Assembly: GCA_965238175.1 (NCBI GenBank)
Contig: CBDEGZ010000003.1
Location: 3,200,001 to 3,264,000 of the forward strand
Source: Gammaproteobacteria bacterium
GTDB taxonomy: Bacteria > Pseudomonadota > Gammaproteobacteria > CAJXQU01
Direction of reading: 5' to 3'
Length of the DNA: 64,000 nucleotides
Numbering within the stretch: position 1 is the stretch's first letter; each line of letters opens with the position of its first letter. Under the pieces are notes generated by a model. The model did no database searches and was not told the DNA's origin. It saw only the letters and a list, made by a program, of their open reading frames with translations. This document shows, piece after piece, positions 63,170-64,000 of the stretch. A program made the position numbers and the translations under genes.

Positions 63170-63957
63170 GATTTATATTTTTGTGTTGGGGATCGCAATA
63201 AATAAGCCGGATGATAAGTGACGACGACGGGAATATTCTGCGGTTCATAAGTATAATTTTTACCACGCATTTTCCCAATTGGCGTATCTACTTTTAGTAA
63301 ATTTTGCGCTGCAATCCTCCCTACGCATAGAATAATTTTAGGTTTGATCAATTCAACCTGTCGTTGTAGGTAAGCAGAACAAGAAACCACTTCCTCTGAT
63401 CTTGGATCACGATTACCTGGCGGTCGACATTTAAGAATATTCGCAATAAATACCTGCTCACGAGATAAACCAATCGCCATTAACATCGAGTTTAAAAGTT
63501 GTCCTGCACGCCCAACAAAAGGTTCGCCTTGACGATCCTCCTCTGCACCAGGAGCTTCACCAATAATCAACCAATCGGCATTTTGATTTCCGACACCAAA
63601 AACAACTTGTGTTCGTGTTGTATGCAGATCACATTTAATACAACTAGCAACTCGGTTTTGGAGCACATCCCAAGTGTCATTGTTGATCTCTACAACATCC
63701 TGAGTTTCAAACCTTTGGACTTCAATATGATCTTCGTGAGACAAATTTTCATCACCCTCAATAGGTGATTTTTCAATCGCCATATTGCTTGATTGAATGT
63801 GGGTTGATTGTGTATGGGGCGCTTCAACAATTTGATCAATATCATTATCTTTTTCAACCGCAATCTGATTACTCACGTCAAACTTCTCAGCGTTCGTATC
63901 CCGCCTGACCCAAACGTCAATTCCCATGGCATTCAGGTAAGCGAGTTTTTGACTCAC
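63124..63957 (-). CDS. Family-4 uracil-DNA glycosylase with psi-like N-terminal peptide
   Basis: CIKC (Fe-S), IGEAPGAEED, PFVGRAG, NILKCRPPGNRDP, YHPAYLLR; N-terminus YLNAMGIDVW. Confidence 0.93.
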   Translation of the reverse strand: MSQKLAYLNAMGIDVWVRRDTNAEKFDVSNQIAVEKDNDIDQIVEAPHTQSTHIQSSNMAIEKSPIEGDENLSHEDHIEVQRFETQDVVEINNDTWDVLQNRVASCIKCDLHTTRTQVVFGVGNQNADWLIIGEAPGAEEDRQGEPFVGRAGQLLNSMLMAIGLSREQVFIANILKCRPPGNRDPRSEEVVSCSAYLQRQVELIKPKIILCVGRIAAQNLLKVDTPIGKMRGKNYTYEPQNIPVVVTYHPAYLLRSPTQKYKSWEDLLLAKSLMGEI

Positions 63958-64000
63958 AGCTTGACCGCAACCTGCGGATGTTTTCTCCCTGTGACCGACA
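63954..64000 (-). CDS. 3' end of an upstream gene, probably 2-isopropylmalate synthase
   Basis: Frame reads SVTGRKHPQVAVKL-stop, with TGA overlapping the UDG GTG. An HPQV tail is typical of many proteobacterial LeuA proteins; only 14 codons are visible. Confidence 0.4.
   Translation of the reverse strand, partial: SVTGRKHPQVAVKL

Overview
Core chromosome of a low-GC (about 40% by eye) non-enteric gammaproteobacterium, judged from argJ, DciA, petABC-sspAB and a short HisG. In order it carries: the 3' part of a radical SAM gene; pilBCD-coaE-zapD-yacG; a mutT-thiE fusion, argJ, secA, an M23 peptidase and dciA; lpxC and a complete dcw cluster (ftsZ to mraZ); a four-gene block between mraZ and rnpB (signal-peptide ATP-dependent DNA ligase, orphan molybdopterin oxidoreductase, two tandem unknown paralogues); RNase P RNA; rsmI/lpoA-yraN-gmhA-BON; sspBA; petCBA; hisCDG-murA-bolA-mlaC-pdxB; an envelope block (Spy/CpxP-like gene, BaeSR-like pair, acyltransferase, catalase-like haem protein, 4xIg-OmpA protein, double-HhH membrane protein, YdbH-like protein); and cysM-rimI-UDG4 plus a probable leuA 3' end. 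I saw no tRNA, rRNA, IS, prophage or CRISPR array. The best leads are the HhH/Ig-OmpA membrane pair, the unknown paralogue pair behind rnpB, a family-4 UDG carrying a Pol III psi (HolD)-like N-terminus in the holD slot, strong GATC over-representation in sampled segments, a CpxQ-like 3'UTR sRNA candidate and three leaderless-looking promoters. All family calls are by motif recognition; no database search was run.
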